DNA of 64,000 nt from an uncultured bacterium (GTDB lineage: Bacteria; Fermentibacterota; Fermentibacteria; Fermentibacterales; JCC-6). The notes beneath the pieces are model-generated. The model worked only from the letters and a program-made list of their open reading frames with translations. It searched no databases and had not been told where the DNA came from. Location of the stretch: the NCBI GenBank assembly GCA_964624405.1, contig CAZUXA010000005.1, forward strand, positions 13,376 to 77,375. Reading direction: 5' to 3'. The first letter of the stretch is position 1. Every line of letters begins with the position of its first letter. The translations under genes and the position numbers were made by a program. Shown here in pieces: positions 25,075 through 35,027 of this stretch.

Positions 25075-26110
25075 CCTGGCATTTCTTCTTCTGTGCGCAT
25101 GCGGGTCTCCCGGTGTTCAGCAGGAAACCGTGATTCCGGTTACGGTGATAGTTGCGGAGCCGGGCGGAATATCAAGAATAGTAATGTCGCCCGGGTGGCT
25201 GGAATCCGCGGATGAGGCGATACTTTCCGTTTCGCTGCCCGGCAGGATTTCCGGGGTGAATGTATCCGAGGGAGAGATGGTCGAGGCGGGAGACATCCTT
25301 GTCACCACGGTTACCGACAGGGTTCACGATTCCGGGCTGCTTTCGGCCTCCGCCAGGGTTTCCGCCGCGGCGGCAAACGAGGCCTACACCCGGGAAAACC
25401 TGCAGAGAAAATCTGACCTGCTGCAATCAGGCTCCGCCAGTTCATGGGAGTATGAGATGGCACTCATTGATTTCAGAACCGCCTCAGCTACCCTTGCTTC
25501 AGCCAGGGCGGCTTATGCCCAGGCAAGAGACGGTGTTTCCAGGGGAGTTCTTTCGGCGCCTTTCCCGGGAAGGGTGACAAGAGTGTGGGCCAGGGAGGGA
25601 AACCCCGCTGCCGGTCCCCTGGTGGCCATCTCCGGCGGCGGCATTCTCAAGTGCGGAGTGCTTCTTCCTTCGAGGGCGCTTCCCTGGTTGTCACCGGGTC
25701 TTCCGGCCTTTTTCACTACACCTCACCATCCCGGAGCGCTGTTTCAGGGCACGGTTTCCTCCGCATCTTCCTCGGTCGATCCGATCACCGGCCTTGTCCA
25801 GGCCACGGTTCAGCTGGGGGACTCATCGGGACTTCTGCTTCCCGGAATGTCCGGCATGGTCTCGATCGCCCTTGAAACCGCTCCCGAGGCGATTTCCCTG
25901 CCCAGAAACGCCTTCGTGCACAGCCCCGACGGCTCATTGCGGGTCATGGTGATCGATGGGGGACGTGCTGTTGGAAGAACCGTGGAAACCGGGTTTGAAA
26001 GCGGCTACAGAACCGCTCTTCTTTCGGGAATAGACAGCGGAGACAGCGTAATCGTTCTGGGAAACCGAATCGTATCCGACGGTGACCGGGTAAGAGTGGT
26101 GGAGCCATGA
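25061..26110 (+). CDS. RND efflux periplasmic adaptor (MFP/HlyD family) lipoprotein
   Basis: Lipoprotein signal MRKTSLAFLLLCACG; coiled-coil and beta-barrel adaptor architecture. Confidence 0.8.
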   Translation: MRKTSLAFLLLCACGSPGVQQETVIPVTVIVAEPGGISRIVMSPGWLESADEAILSVSLPGRISGVNVSEGEMVEAGDILVTTVTDRVHDSGLLSASARVSAAAANEAYTRENLQRKSDLLQSGSASSWEYEMALIDFRTASATLASARAAYAQARDGVSRGVLSAPFPGRVTRVWAREGNPAAGPLVAISGGGILKCGVLLPSRALPWLSPGLPAFFTTPHHPGALFQGTVSSASSSVDPITGLVQATVQLGDSSGLLLPGMSGMVSIALETAPEAISLPRNAFVHSPDGSLRVMVIDGGRAVGRTVETGFESGYRTALLSGIDSGDSVIVLGNRIVSDGDRVRVVEP

Positions 26111-29100
26111 GCCTGCCCGGCCTCGCGGTCGGCCGAAGAACCGCTTTTTCAATGCTGTTCCTGCTCATGGCCGGAGCGGGAGTGTACGGCTTTCTTCAGA
26201 TGGGACTGGACTACTTCCCTCCGGTGGATACCGGCACGATCGTGATTGTCACCATTGTTCCCGGCGCGGGACCGGAAGAGGTGGAAAGCCTGGTCACCGA
26301 CATCATCGAGGGTGCTGTCAGCGGAGTGGAATCGGTTCGCACCGTTGAGTCTGAAAGCGGCGCTTCTGTCAGCGGAGTTACGGTGAAAGTTGCTCTGGGC
26401 GCGGACATTCACGCCGTCGAGGAAGATATCCGCAAGGCTGTTGAGAGGGTGAGAAGCAGCCTTCCCGACAATGCCCGTGATCCCTTGATCATGGCCTTGG
26501 AATCCAGTTTCAAACCCCTGATGATCGTGGGCTTCGAAAGCCCGGTGCTTCCCAGTCATGAACTCCGGCGCCTGGTTGAGGAGGAAATCCTTCCTGTTCT
26601 GGGAAGGGTGGAGGGGATTTCCGGAACCAGCATCAGCGGTGGAGAGGTCAGGATGATCCGGGTCGAGGTGGATCCGGTGCTTCTCTGGCGCAGGGGAATA
26701 TCCATCGCCCAGGTTTACGGCGCCCTTTCCGCAGTCAGGTCCGATCAGCCGGGGGGTATGCTGGAAAGCCGGGATCTGGAAACCTCGCTTGGAGTGAAAA
26801 CCGGTTACAGAAGCATTGAGCAACTGATGGAAACCGTTGTGGGGAGCCACGGAGGCGTTCCTGTAAGGCTGATGGATGTGGCTCTGGTGGAAGACGGCCA
26901 CAGGAACCCGGTGAATCGGGTGCGTCTGGACGGGAGCAACACGGTGATCGGTGTGTTCCGCAAGAGCGCTGACGCCAACACGGTTCAGACCTGCCGGGCA
27001 CTGGAGGCGGAGATAGACAGAGTTACCCGGAACTACTCCCACCTTCTTACCCCGAACATCGTCTACACCCAGGAAAGCTTCATAATGGACTCGGTGGAAA
27101 GCCTGGCCCTTACCGGCATTCAGGCTGTCATTCTGGCGGCCGCGGTGCTGGTGCTGTTCCTTGGTTCCTTTGCCAACGCGGGCATAGTGAGCGTCTCAAT
27201 GCCCCTTTCCTTCATTGCCACCTTCGGTGCAATGAGGCTTTTCGGGGTGAACCTGAACATCATGTCGCTGGCGGGTCTCAGCATATCCATCGGCATGATA
27301 GTAGACAATTCGGTGGTTGTGCTGGAGAACATTCACAGGCTCAGAAGGGAGGGGGCAGGCAGGCGGGACGGCGCAGAAAGAGGGGCGTCCCAGGTGGGAA
27401 TGGCGGTAACCGCGTCGGCGCTTACCACTGTGGCGGTCTTTGTTCCCATGCTCTTTGTGAAGGGAATGACAGGCCAGATATTCCGGGATCTCAGCATAAC
27501 CATTTCCGCAGCGATTCTGATCAGCCTGTTTGTCAGCCAGACCCTGATCCCCCTTCTTGCCTCGATTCCGAAGTCCGTTGTGAAGAGACACAGGCCCGGA
27601 TCTCCGCTTCTCTGGTTCGGAAACCAGGTTCAAAGGCTTGAGATTTCCTACGAAAAGGCTTTGGCCTGGTCACTTTCCCACAAGGCTCTTCTGATTGTTC
27701 TCCTTGTACTTGCGATCACGGGTTCCGTGGCGCTTCTCCCCATGATACCCGCGGCTTTTCTGCCGGAGCTTGAGGAGGGAGTGATTGAGATCAATGCCTC
27801 ACTTCCGCAGGGAACGAGCCTCGCCTTCGCGGACAGTGTGGCCGCGGCCCTGGAAGATTCTGTTCTGAAAGTGATCCATCCATCAGATCTTCGGCACACA
27901 TGGCTTCAGACGGGGAGAAGCGAGGGGATCGGGGCGATATTCGGCTCCGACGCATCGTGCAGAATCAGTATCTCTCTCTACTTCAGGGAAGAATCTGAGA
28001 TGTCGCGATCCATCGGTGAATACGACTTCCTGGTACGGAAGGTTCTGGACGGTTTTCCAGGGCTTGAGTACACCGTTGAGACCGGCATACCCATCGGCAA
28101 CAGGTTCCCGATTGAGTTGGCCCTGTACGGCTCCGACCTTTCTGAACTCCGGGAGGGGGGGGACAGGCTGAAAAGCGCGCTCGCCGGAATTCCGGGAACC
28201 GTTGACCACCGCTCTTCCCTGGACGAATGGGTTCCACAGATCGATTTTGTGCCGGATCCTTCGGCCCTGTCCCTTCGCGGAGTCTCTCCGGCGGCGGTGG
28301 CGGCGGAGATCACCATAGGTCTTCTGGGGATGAACGCCTCGGTATTCTATCTCCAGGGCCGTGAACTTGATATTCATCTTCAATACACCGCGGAAGCCAG
28401 GTCCACCCCCGAAGCGGTGGCAGCGCTTCCGGTCCTGGGGGCTCCGCTGGGAAGCTGGGGCAGCCTTGAGCGTGTGCTGTCGCCCCGGGTGATCAACAGG
28501 AGAGACAGAAGCCGCTGTGTGCTGGTTTCCTGCGGAATCCGGGGAAGACCCCTGGGGGCAATGGAAGCGGAGATAAACGCCATCATGGACACCCTCGACA
28601 TCGGGGAACTGAGATGGGAGCTTCTTGGGGACATCCCCGACCAGAGGGAAGCCTTCGGGGCCATGAAACTGGCCATAGCGGTGGCGGTGCTGCTTGTTTA
28701 CATGGTGATGGCATCCCAGTTCGAATCGCTTCTCGAGCCCTTCATACTCATCTTCGAGATTCCCATGGCCATGGTGGGGGTTGTTCTGGTGCACCTTCTC
28801 ACCGGAACCACTCTTGGGCTAACATCACTGGTGGGAATTCTGATGCTCTCCGGCATCGTTGTGAACAATGGAATCGTGCTGGTGGATTTCGCCAACACCT
28901 GGCGAAGGGAGCGGGGAGGCTCGGCGGTTCAGGCGGTAACAGCCGCGGGGCGGGCCAGAATGCGCCCAATCCTCATGACGGCATCAACCACCATTCTTGC
29001 CCTGCTTCCCCTCTCTCTGGGGGGCACACCAAGTGCGGCTGTATGGGCGCCCATGGCTCGCACCGTTGCCGGTGGAATGCTGCTGGCCACGCCGCTGACT

Positions 29101-29175
29101 CTGCTGGTTCTTCCGGTTCTTTATGTGATTCTGGACCGGATGCGACTCCAGTTCCGGAGAGGAGCAGGGGAATGA
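26107..29175 (+). CDS. RND family efflux transporter permease (AcrB/HAE1-like), 1022 aa
   Basis: 12-TM AcrB-like topology with two large periplasmic loops; conserved ...AIGMIVDNSVVVLENI... and ...GIVVNNGIVLVDF... motifs. Confidence 0.9.
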   Translation: MSLPGLAVGRRTAFSMLFLLMAGAGVYGFLQMGLDYFPPVDTGTIVIVTIVPGAGPEEVESLVTDIIEGAVSGVESVRTVESESGASVSGVTVKVALGADIHAVEEDIRKAVERVRSSLPDNARDPLIMALESSFKPLMIVGFESPVLPSHELRRLVEEEILPVLGRVEGISGTSISGGEVRMIRVEVDPVLLWRRGISIAQVYGALSAVRSDQPGGMLESRDLETSLGVKTGYRSIEQLMETVVGSHGGVPVRLMDVALVEDGHRNPVNRVRLDGSNTVIGVFRKSADANTVQTCRALEAEIDRVTRNYSHLLTPNIVYTQESFIMDSVESLALTGIQAVILAAAVLVLFLGSFANAGIVSVSMPLSFIATFGAMRLFGVNLNIMSLAGLSISIGMIVDNSVVVLENIHRLRREGAGRRDGAERGASQVGMAVTASALTTVAVFVPMLFVKGMTGQIFRDLSITISAAILISLFVSQTLIPLLASIPKSVVKRHRPGSPLLWFGNQVQRLEISYEKALAWSLSHKALLIVLLVLAITGSVALLPMIPAAFLPELEEGVIEINASLPQGTSLAFADSVAAALEDSVLKVIHPSDLRHTWLQTGRSEGIGAIFGSDASCRISISLYFREESEMSRSIGEYDFLVRKVLDGFPGLEYTVETGIPIGNRFPIELALYGSDLSELREGGDRLKSALAGIPGTVDHRSSLDEWVPQIDFVPDPSALSLRGVSPAAVAAEITIGLLGMNASVFYLQGRELDIHLQYTAEARSTPEAVAALPVLGAPLGSWGSLERVLSPRVINRRDRSRCVLVSCGIRGRPLGAMEAEINAIMDTLDIGELRWELLGDIPDQREAFGAMKLAIAVAVLLVYMVMASQFESLLEPFILIFEIPMAMVGVVLVHLLTGTTLGLTSLVGILMLSGIVVNNGIVLVDFANTWRRERGGSAVQAVTAAGRARMRPILMTASTTILALLPLSLGGTPSAAVWAPMARTVAGGMLLATPLTLLVLPVLYVILDRMRLQFRRGAGE

Positions 29176-30230
29176 AAGCGTCGGCTGCTGTCACCGCCTT
29201 TGTTCTGATATCCGTCGGCTGTGCAGGAAACGCAGGTATTGACCGGGAACCGGTTGCGGTGAAAACACTGTTGCTTGGCCCTCAACGGATAGAGCGAACA
29301 CTTGAGTTCAGCGCCAGACTCGAGGCCGGAAGGGAGGCACTCCTTTTCCCGCCGGGGGGTGTGGTGGAACAGGTGCTGGTCAGAGAGGGCGACATGGTCT
29401 CTCCGGGGCAGCTTCTGGTCAGGCTCAGCGGTGACATGACCGCCAGGTCCGCGGAAACCGCCGCAATCGCAGGAATGCAGGCGGCGGCAACTCAGGCTGA
29501 GCTTGCGCTCAGGAATTACGAACGAAGCCTTGAACTCTTCGATGCCGGCGCTTTGAGCGAAAGCGACCTCAATGGTGCGCTTGTCCGGAGGGATGCGGCA
29601 GCCGCGTCTCTGATCGGCGCCAGGGCGGGCTACACAGCCGCGGCCGCCGGTGCCGACGCCGGCCTGCTGGTTGCGCCCTTCGAGGGTCGGGTGGGTATGG
29701 TCAGAGCTTCGGAAGGTTCCATGGCACACCCTTCAACACCGTTGCTATCAGTGACTGGCGAGGGTCTTGTGGCAAGGCTTCTGGTTCCGGAACGCCACCT
29801 TCTGGAAATCCGGCCGGGAATGAAAGCCCACTTCACACCCTGGCTGGCCGAGTACAGCAGTCTCGATGGAGTCGTGGCAAGCTGCGCCGCCTCTGTTGAT
29901 CCGCTTACGGCACTGGTTTCCGTGACGATTGATTTCACCGGTTCCGGCGGTTCTTCAGCTCCGGTGGGTTTGAACGGAACACTGTTGATCGTTACGGAGT
30001 CCGCGGAAGATGCCATGGTGATTCCATTGCGGACTGTTGTGCTTTCCGAGGAAAGCCTCAGAGTTCCGGTCATGGTGGAGGGAGCCGTTGAACTCAGAGA
30101 GGTTACCACTGGAATCCGTGCCGGCGACTCGATTCAGATAGTATCCGGCCTCGGATTTGGTGACGCGGTTATCATTGAGGCTCCGGTCAGCCTGGAGCAG
30201 GGCCTTTCGGTAATCGAAACAGCACCCTGA
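29172..30230 (+). CDS. second RND periplasmic adaptor (MFP) lipoprotein
   Basis: ATG 29172 overlapping the RND stop; MKASAAVTAFVLISVGCAG lipobox; the track ORF from 28614 is an out-of-frame extension. Confidence 0.75.
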   Translation: MKASAAVTAFVLISVGCAGNAGIDREPVAVKTLLLGPQRIERTLEFSARLEAGREALLFPPGGVVEQVLVREGDMVSPGQLLVRLSGDMTARSAETAAIAGMQAAATQAELALRNYERSLELFDAGALSESDLNGALVRRDAAAASLIGARAGYTAAAAGADAGLLVAPFEGRVGMVRASEGSMAHPSTPLLSVTGEGLVARLLVPERHLLEIRPGMKAHFTPWLAEYSSLDGVVASCAASVDPLTALVSVTIDFTGSGGSSAPVGLNGTLLIVTESAEDAMVIPLRTVVLSEESLRVPVMVEGAVELREVTTGIRAGDSIQIVSGLGFGDAVIIEAPVSLEQGLSVIETAP

Positions 30231-30506
30231 TTCCATTCCGTTTTCCTTTTGCGTATTTTTGCCCGGACAAAGGAGGCTACGCACTGGCTAAGCTTTTTCT
30301 TCCCGCCTTTCTGATTCCGGCCTGCCCCGGGCGGGATGCTCCCGACCCGGCGGAAGAAGCCTTTCTCCGGATTATCCGGGAGCAGGAACACAGCTCGCGG
30401 CTGTTTACGGCATGCCGGGCCGCTTTGATGATAAGGAAATGATTCCCCTGGTTTCGGATTCCACCATGTGTATGCAGTTGATTCTGAGAATGGAGGCGCA
30501 TTCCCC

Positions 30507-31130
30507 ATGAACCCGGACACGGTTTCCGTTCGTTGCTTGACTCTGGGTCCCCTGGCCACCAATTGCTGGATACTTAAGTGCCCCGTCACCGGTCTCGCCC
30601 TGATTGTGGACCCCGGAGGAAGCACTGAAGCGCTTCCGGCAATACTGAACCAGATGAAAGTAGTCGGAGTAGAAATGGTGGTAAACACCCACGGTCACTT
30701 TGATCATGTCTGGGGAAACGCTGAAATCCGGGCCGAAACCGCCATTCACAGCCTTGATGCCCCGATGCTTCCCCTCGCCCGGGAAATGGCGGCCTCCTGG
30801 GGCTTCAGCGTTTCGCCCCCCCCGGCTCCCGGCAGGCTTCTTTCAGATGGGGATGTTGTAATAGCTGGAAAAATAGCCTTTAAAGTGCTGCACAGCCCCG
30901 GCCATTCCCCGGGAAGCATCTGTCTTCTGGGCCACGGTCTTCTGGTGTCGGGAGACACTCTTTTTCAGGGTTCCATAGGAAGGACCGACCTTCCCGGGGG
31001 AGACAGCCGAACCATGATGAAAACCCTGAAAAATGTGCTTCTTCCCCTTGATGACTCCCTGAGGGTGCTTCCCGGTCACGGCCCGGAAACCTGCATGAGA
31101 ATTGAAAAACTCGAAAATCCCTGGCTGTGA
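30507..31130 (+). CDS. MBL-fold metallo-hydrolase (glyoxalase II-like)
   Basis: HxHxDH motif VVNTHGHFDHVWG, later HSPGHSPGS and GDTLF; ATG 30507 (track start 30468 is GTG). Confidence 0.75.
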   Translation: MNPDTVSVRCLTLGPLATNCWILKCPVTGLALIVDPGGSTEALPAILNQMKVVGVEMVVNTHGHFDHVWGNAEIRAETAIHSLDAPMLPLAREMAASWGFSVSPPPAPGRLLSDGDVVIAGKIAFKVLHSPGHSPGSICLLGHGLLVSGDTLFQGSIGRTDLPGGDSRTMMKTLKNVLLPLDDSLRVLPGHGPETCMRIEKLENPWL

Positions 31131-32539
31131 GACCGGTAAAACCTCATTCCGCCGCCCTTGACATGACCGCGGGATCCGTGTCGGGAAAACTCATGAAGCT
31201 TGCGTGGCCGGTGATGGCCGCCCAACTCCTTCAAACCCTGTACAACCTCGCCGATGCCTTCTGGCTGGGGAAACTGGGCAGGCAGGCACTGGTTGCCCCT
31301 ACGATATCCATGCATGTGGTGTTCGTGGTTATGGCTGTTGCGATGGGCCTGGGCAGCGCCGGAACCACACTGGTCTCCCAGTACCGGGGCGCCGGCAGGA
31401 TGGACCGGGCTGTGAAGGCGGGAGGGCAGACCTTCATTCTTCTGGCGGTGGTCAGTGTTACCCTTGGAATCCTTGGGTTTCTGTTCACTCCATGGGTGCT
31501 CAGACTTCTCAACACACCTCCGGACGCGCTGATCGAAACCCGGATATACATGCGTTGGATCTTTGCCGGAATTCCCCTGATGTTTCCATTCTTTGTCTAC
31601 CAGGGAATCAGTACCGGGCTTGGGGACACCATGGGCCCTCTTCAGGTGAGCCTTGTCACTGTGATCCTTAACATTGTGCTTGACCCGCTGCTGATTTTCG
31701 GCTTGGGTCCGATTCCGGCGCTGGGTGTCACCGGGGCGGTGGCCGCCACGGTGTTCTGCCACGGACTGGCTTCCATGATAGGCGCTGTTCGGCTGTTCAA
31801 GGGAAGAAACGGATTCAGGCTTTCCCTGCCGGCACTGCGGCCGGATTCGAAAACCATCTCCAAAATTCTTTCCATCGGTCTTCCCATGAGCCTGGGGCAG
31901 GCTGGAACAAGCCTGGGCTTCACGGTGATGATAGGAATAGTAAACTCCTTCGGAAGCGCGGTCACCGCAGCATTTGGCGTTGGCAACCGAATCATCCACC
32001 TGGCCCTGGTGCCGGCAATGGCGCTCTCACAGGCCAATGCCGCCGCGGTGGGGCAGAGCCTGGGCGCGGGGATGACATACCGTGCGGAGAGGTCCACTCG
32101 CAGCGCCCTGCTGATAATCGCTGTCATTCTCCTTCCGGTAACCATTCCGATGTTTTTCTACGGCGCGTCGATTTCCCGGATTTTCGTCGACGATCCCCAG
32201 GTGATGGAGATCGGGAGAACCATGTTTCGTATTACTACGCCTTCCGTGTTCGCCTTCGGGTTCGTAACCGTGCTTTTCGGTGCTTTTCAGGGCTCCGGTC
32301 ACACCTTTCCGGTAATGGTTCTGAACGTGGCAAGATTGTGGCTTCTTCGTATTCCACTTGCCTACATGCTTTCTCTGCATGCGGGACTCGGCGCGAATGG
32401 GCTGTGGTGGGCCATGTTCATATCCAACACCGCCACGGTGGTCGCCGGGGGCTTCTGGTTCTCAACCGGTTCCTGGAAGAGAAAGAGCAGGGAGATACTG
32501 GGAGGCCCGGCCCTTGTTTCCGAAGGCGTATTGGAATAA
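31127..32539 (+). CDS. MATE family efflux transporter
   Basis: 12 TM helices; MATE N-terminal MKLAWPVMAAQLLQTLYNLAD; alternative ATG start at 31163. Confidence 0.8.
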   Translation: MRPVKPHSAALDMTAGSVSGKLMKLAWPVMAAQLLQTLYNLADAFWLGKLGRQALVAPTISMHVVFVVMAVAMGLGSAGTTLVSQYRGAGRMDRAVKAGGQTFILLAVVSVTLGILGFLFTPWVLRLLNTPPDALIETRIYMRWIFAGIPLMFPFFVYQGISTGLGDTMGPLQVSLVTVILNIVLDPLLIFGLGPIPALGVTGAVAATVFCHGLASMIGAVRLFKGRNGFRLSLPALRPDSKTISKILSIGLPMSLGQAGTSLGFTVMIGIVNSFGSAVTAAFGVGNRIIHLALVPAMALSQANAAAVGQSLGAGMTYRAERSTRSALLIIAVILLPVTIPMFFYGASISRIFVDDPQVMEIGRTMFRITTPSVFAFGFVTVLFGAFQGSGHTFPVMVLNVARLWLLRIPLAYMLSLHAGLGANGLWWAMFISNTATVVAGGFWFSTGSWKRKSREILGGPALVSEGVLE

Positions 32540-32753
32540 AATCGAAGGGGGATGAAGGGAGAGCCTGGCAACTTGAAACCCGAAGGAGTTCAAACCACCC
32601 CCGATCCGGTTGAACGAAATCTGCCCGCCTTCAATGTCAGCCATACCGCAGGAGCGCGGGGAGTTTTTTGCAGGAATCATCCGCGGCTCAGAAACGGTCA
32701 GGCGGTTTTTATCCACGGTAAAGGTATATTCAGATCTGTAACTTCTCTTTGCA

Positions 32754-35027
32754 TTGAAAACACCGAAAGGGGACGGCATGCTGCTTCTTGTTATCACCCT
32801 GCTTTCAGCATCGGGATTTAATGGCGTTTACGGGGATTGGTACAGCCTTGGCGGTGAGTACGGCGGCGAAACCTCTGTAACCACTCGAGATTACGGCATG
32901 GAGGGATTGTCGGTGGAGGTCACTGTTCCCGGGTTCGAAATACTCCAGGCAAACGGATATACCCGGCTGAGACTTTTTGATCGTAAGTGGGACCTTGACC
33001 TGCCTTCAGGTTCTCCGGAGCTTCCCATAGTTCCCATAGCCATAGGCCTTCCGTCCGGAATGGGGGCGGAGGTTTCATCGGTGGATGTGACCTGGGTTTC
33101 TGTGGGTGATGTCACGGTGCATCCGGTTCAGCCCCTGGAGTACGACTGCGCCGGAGAACGCCCGGCCTTTGTGGAGCTCTCCACTGAACTGGTTGGCGTT
33201 CATCCGGCTGAAGCGGTGGTTATCGGGGAGACGGGAAGCCTTTTCGGTGTGGATGTGGCAAGGGTGTTGATAAACCCCTTCCGCTGGAATGCCGACACCG
33301 GGCTTCTCGAGGCGGCCTCCACCGTATCGGTGAACATTGCCTTCACCGGCTCCCCCGGATTTCAGATTCCCGTCCGGCCCGAAACCGCCCGGATTCTTCG
33401 CAGTCTGCTTCTTAACTACGACGAGATGGGGATACCGGTGAACAACAGCCCGGTAACCTCTGAAGACGTGGTTTACATAGTGCTCACAGTGGAGGAGAAT
33501 CTGCCCGAGATAACTCCCCTTCTATCAATGGTGCACCTTCTCGGTTACCGGGTTGCCATTGAGTTGTTCGAAACCACTCCTTCGGCCTTTCAGATCCGTT
33601 CCACCATTCTGTCCCACTATCAACCCGGGGTAACCCGCTTCGCGCTTATTGCCGGAACTCACCAGCAGCTTCCATCCTTCAATTTCGGATCCTTCGTGGG
33701 TGACTTTTTCTACCAGACCCTCGACGGCGACAACCTGCCGGACATCGCCGTTGGCCGTTTCCCGGGGGGCGAAGGCCTTCTGGCCAACATGGTGGATAAA
33801 TCCATGGCCTATTCCAACTTCACCGGAACCCCGGGGGAACCTTCGATTCCTGCCGTCACCATGCTCTGCGCCCACGAAGAGGAATATCCGGGGAAGTACA
33901 CCTTCAACAAGAACGAGATAATGAACTGGAACTATTCGATAATGAACCCGGTTTTTCACACCTTCTACCCGCCGGAAGGCGCCACCCAGCAGCAGGTGAA
34001 AGACATGATCAACGCCGGGGTCGGAACGGTGAACTACAGAGGCCACGGCTCGGTGACAACATGGCAGTGGTCACCGGGCTGGAACGCCGGAGCCATCTAC
34101 TCCCTGGAGAACACATTCTTTCCCCCAGTTTTCAACATAGCGTGCGACAACGGCAAACACGATGTCACATACCAGTGCCTGTGCAAAAGCTGGCTGTACG
34201 CCCAGGGCCGGGGGGCAAGCGGCACCTGCGGAGCCAGCGCTCCTTCCGCCACAATTGTGAACAACACCTTCGACAAAGCGATATACAAGCAGCTTTACGA
34301 TGAGGGCAACACCTGCGCCGCCGAAATGCACGCCGCCGCCCAGACCACCATCATCCTCACTCACGGCTCGTCCGGCATCAACAACGCCAGAATGTACCAC
34401 TGGTTCGGCGATCCCTCCATGGATATTTTCAACTGCGACGAAACGGGTTCACCGTTTCCGATGGAGCTTGAATGCCCTGAGTATGTCTATCACGGCGCGA
34501 ACAGCATGGTCGTCACGGTTACCTCCCGGGGATTGCCGGTGCAGGGGGCGGTGGTCACCGCGTCGGACGGCATAGGCAATCACACGGACCACCCTGAAAC
34601 CTTCTACGCCCAGGGCATCACCGACTCGGCGGGCCAGACCGTGCTGGATTTTGAGGCACAGAGCGGTTCCACGGTGAATGTCGGCGCAAGGATGCACAAC
34701 CTTACCCCGGCGTTTGCAGCGGTGAACACATACTCCGAAGGAGTCCAGGGCGATGAGGCTGCGGTATTCGCCCTGCTTCCCGCCTCGCCGAATCCATCCG
34801 CTTCCCGGGTCACCCTGGGCATGGACCTTCCCTCGGCAGGAGCGTATGACCTGAGCGTCTTCGATCTTGCGGGGCGCCTTGTGGATTCTGTATGCAGCGG
34901 CTACCTGGAAGCGGGTCAGCACCGCTATTCATACTCGACGGAACAGCTCTCTCCGGGGCTTTACTTCGTTGTTCTCAGAGGCGGGGAAATCACCGCCACC
35001 ACGAACATGCTGGTCATAGGCCGATGA
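32754..35027 (+). CDS. peptidase C25 (gingipain-like) family cysteine protease with T9SS C-terminal sorting domain
   Basis: C25 core NYRGHGSVTTWQW...FNIACDNGKHD (His/Cys dyad context); C-terminal VFDLAGRLV...GLYFVVLRGG...NMLVIGR matches the Por/T9SS CTD pattern. Confidence 0.75.
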   Translation: MKTPKGDGMLLLVITLLSASGFNGVYGDWYSLGGEYGGETSVTTRDYGMEGLSVEVTVPGFEILQANGYTRLRLFDRKWDLDLPSGSPELPIVPIAIGLPSGMGAEVSSVDVTWVSVGDVTVHPVQPLEYDCAGERPAFVELSTELVGVHPAEAVVIGETGSLFGVDVARVLINPFRWNADTGLLEAASTVSVNIAFTGSPGFQIPVRPETARILRSLLLNYDEMGIPVNNSPVTSEDVVYIVLTVEENLPEITPLLSMVHLLGYRVAIELFETTPSAFQIRSTILSHYQPGVTRFALIAGTHQQLPSFNFGSFVGDFFYQTLDGDNLPDIAVGRFPGGEGLLANMVDKSMAYSNFTGTPGEPSIPAVTMLCAHEEEYPGKYTFNKNEIMNWNYSIMNPVFHTFYPPEGATQQQVKDMINAGVGTVNYRGHGSVTTWQWSPGWNAGAIYSLENTFFPPVFNIACDNGKHDVTYQCLCKSWLYAQGRGASGTCGASAPSATIVNNTFDKAIYKQLYDEGNTCAAEMHAAAQTTIILTHGSSGINNARMYHWFGDPSMDIFNCDETGSPFPMELECPEYVYHGANSMVVTVTSRGLPVQGAVVTASDGIGNHTDHPETFYAQGITDSAGQTVLDFEAQSGSTVNVGARMHNLTPAFAAVNTYSEGVQGDEAAVFALLPASPNPSASRVTLGMDLPSAGAYDLSVFDLAGRLVDSVCSGYLEAGQHRYSYSTEQLSPGLYFVVLRGGEITATTNMLVIGR

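Noticed and set aside
28614-29171. Upstream extension of ORF 28614..30230 overlapping the RND permease
   Set aside because: Out-of-frame overlap with a strongly supported AcrB-like gene. A lipoprotein signal begins at ATG 29172, so the adaptor gene starts there.
30268-30450. AAAGGAGG followed by a CTG-initiated ORF of about 55 codons between the RND adaptor and the MBL gene
   Set aside because: It depends on a rare CTG start and there is no conservation evidence. It is probably just the RBS-like part of an intergenic region.
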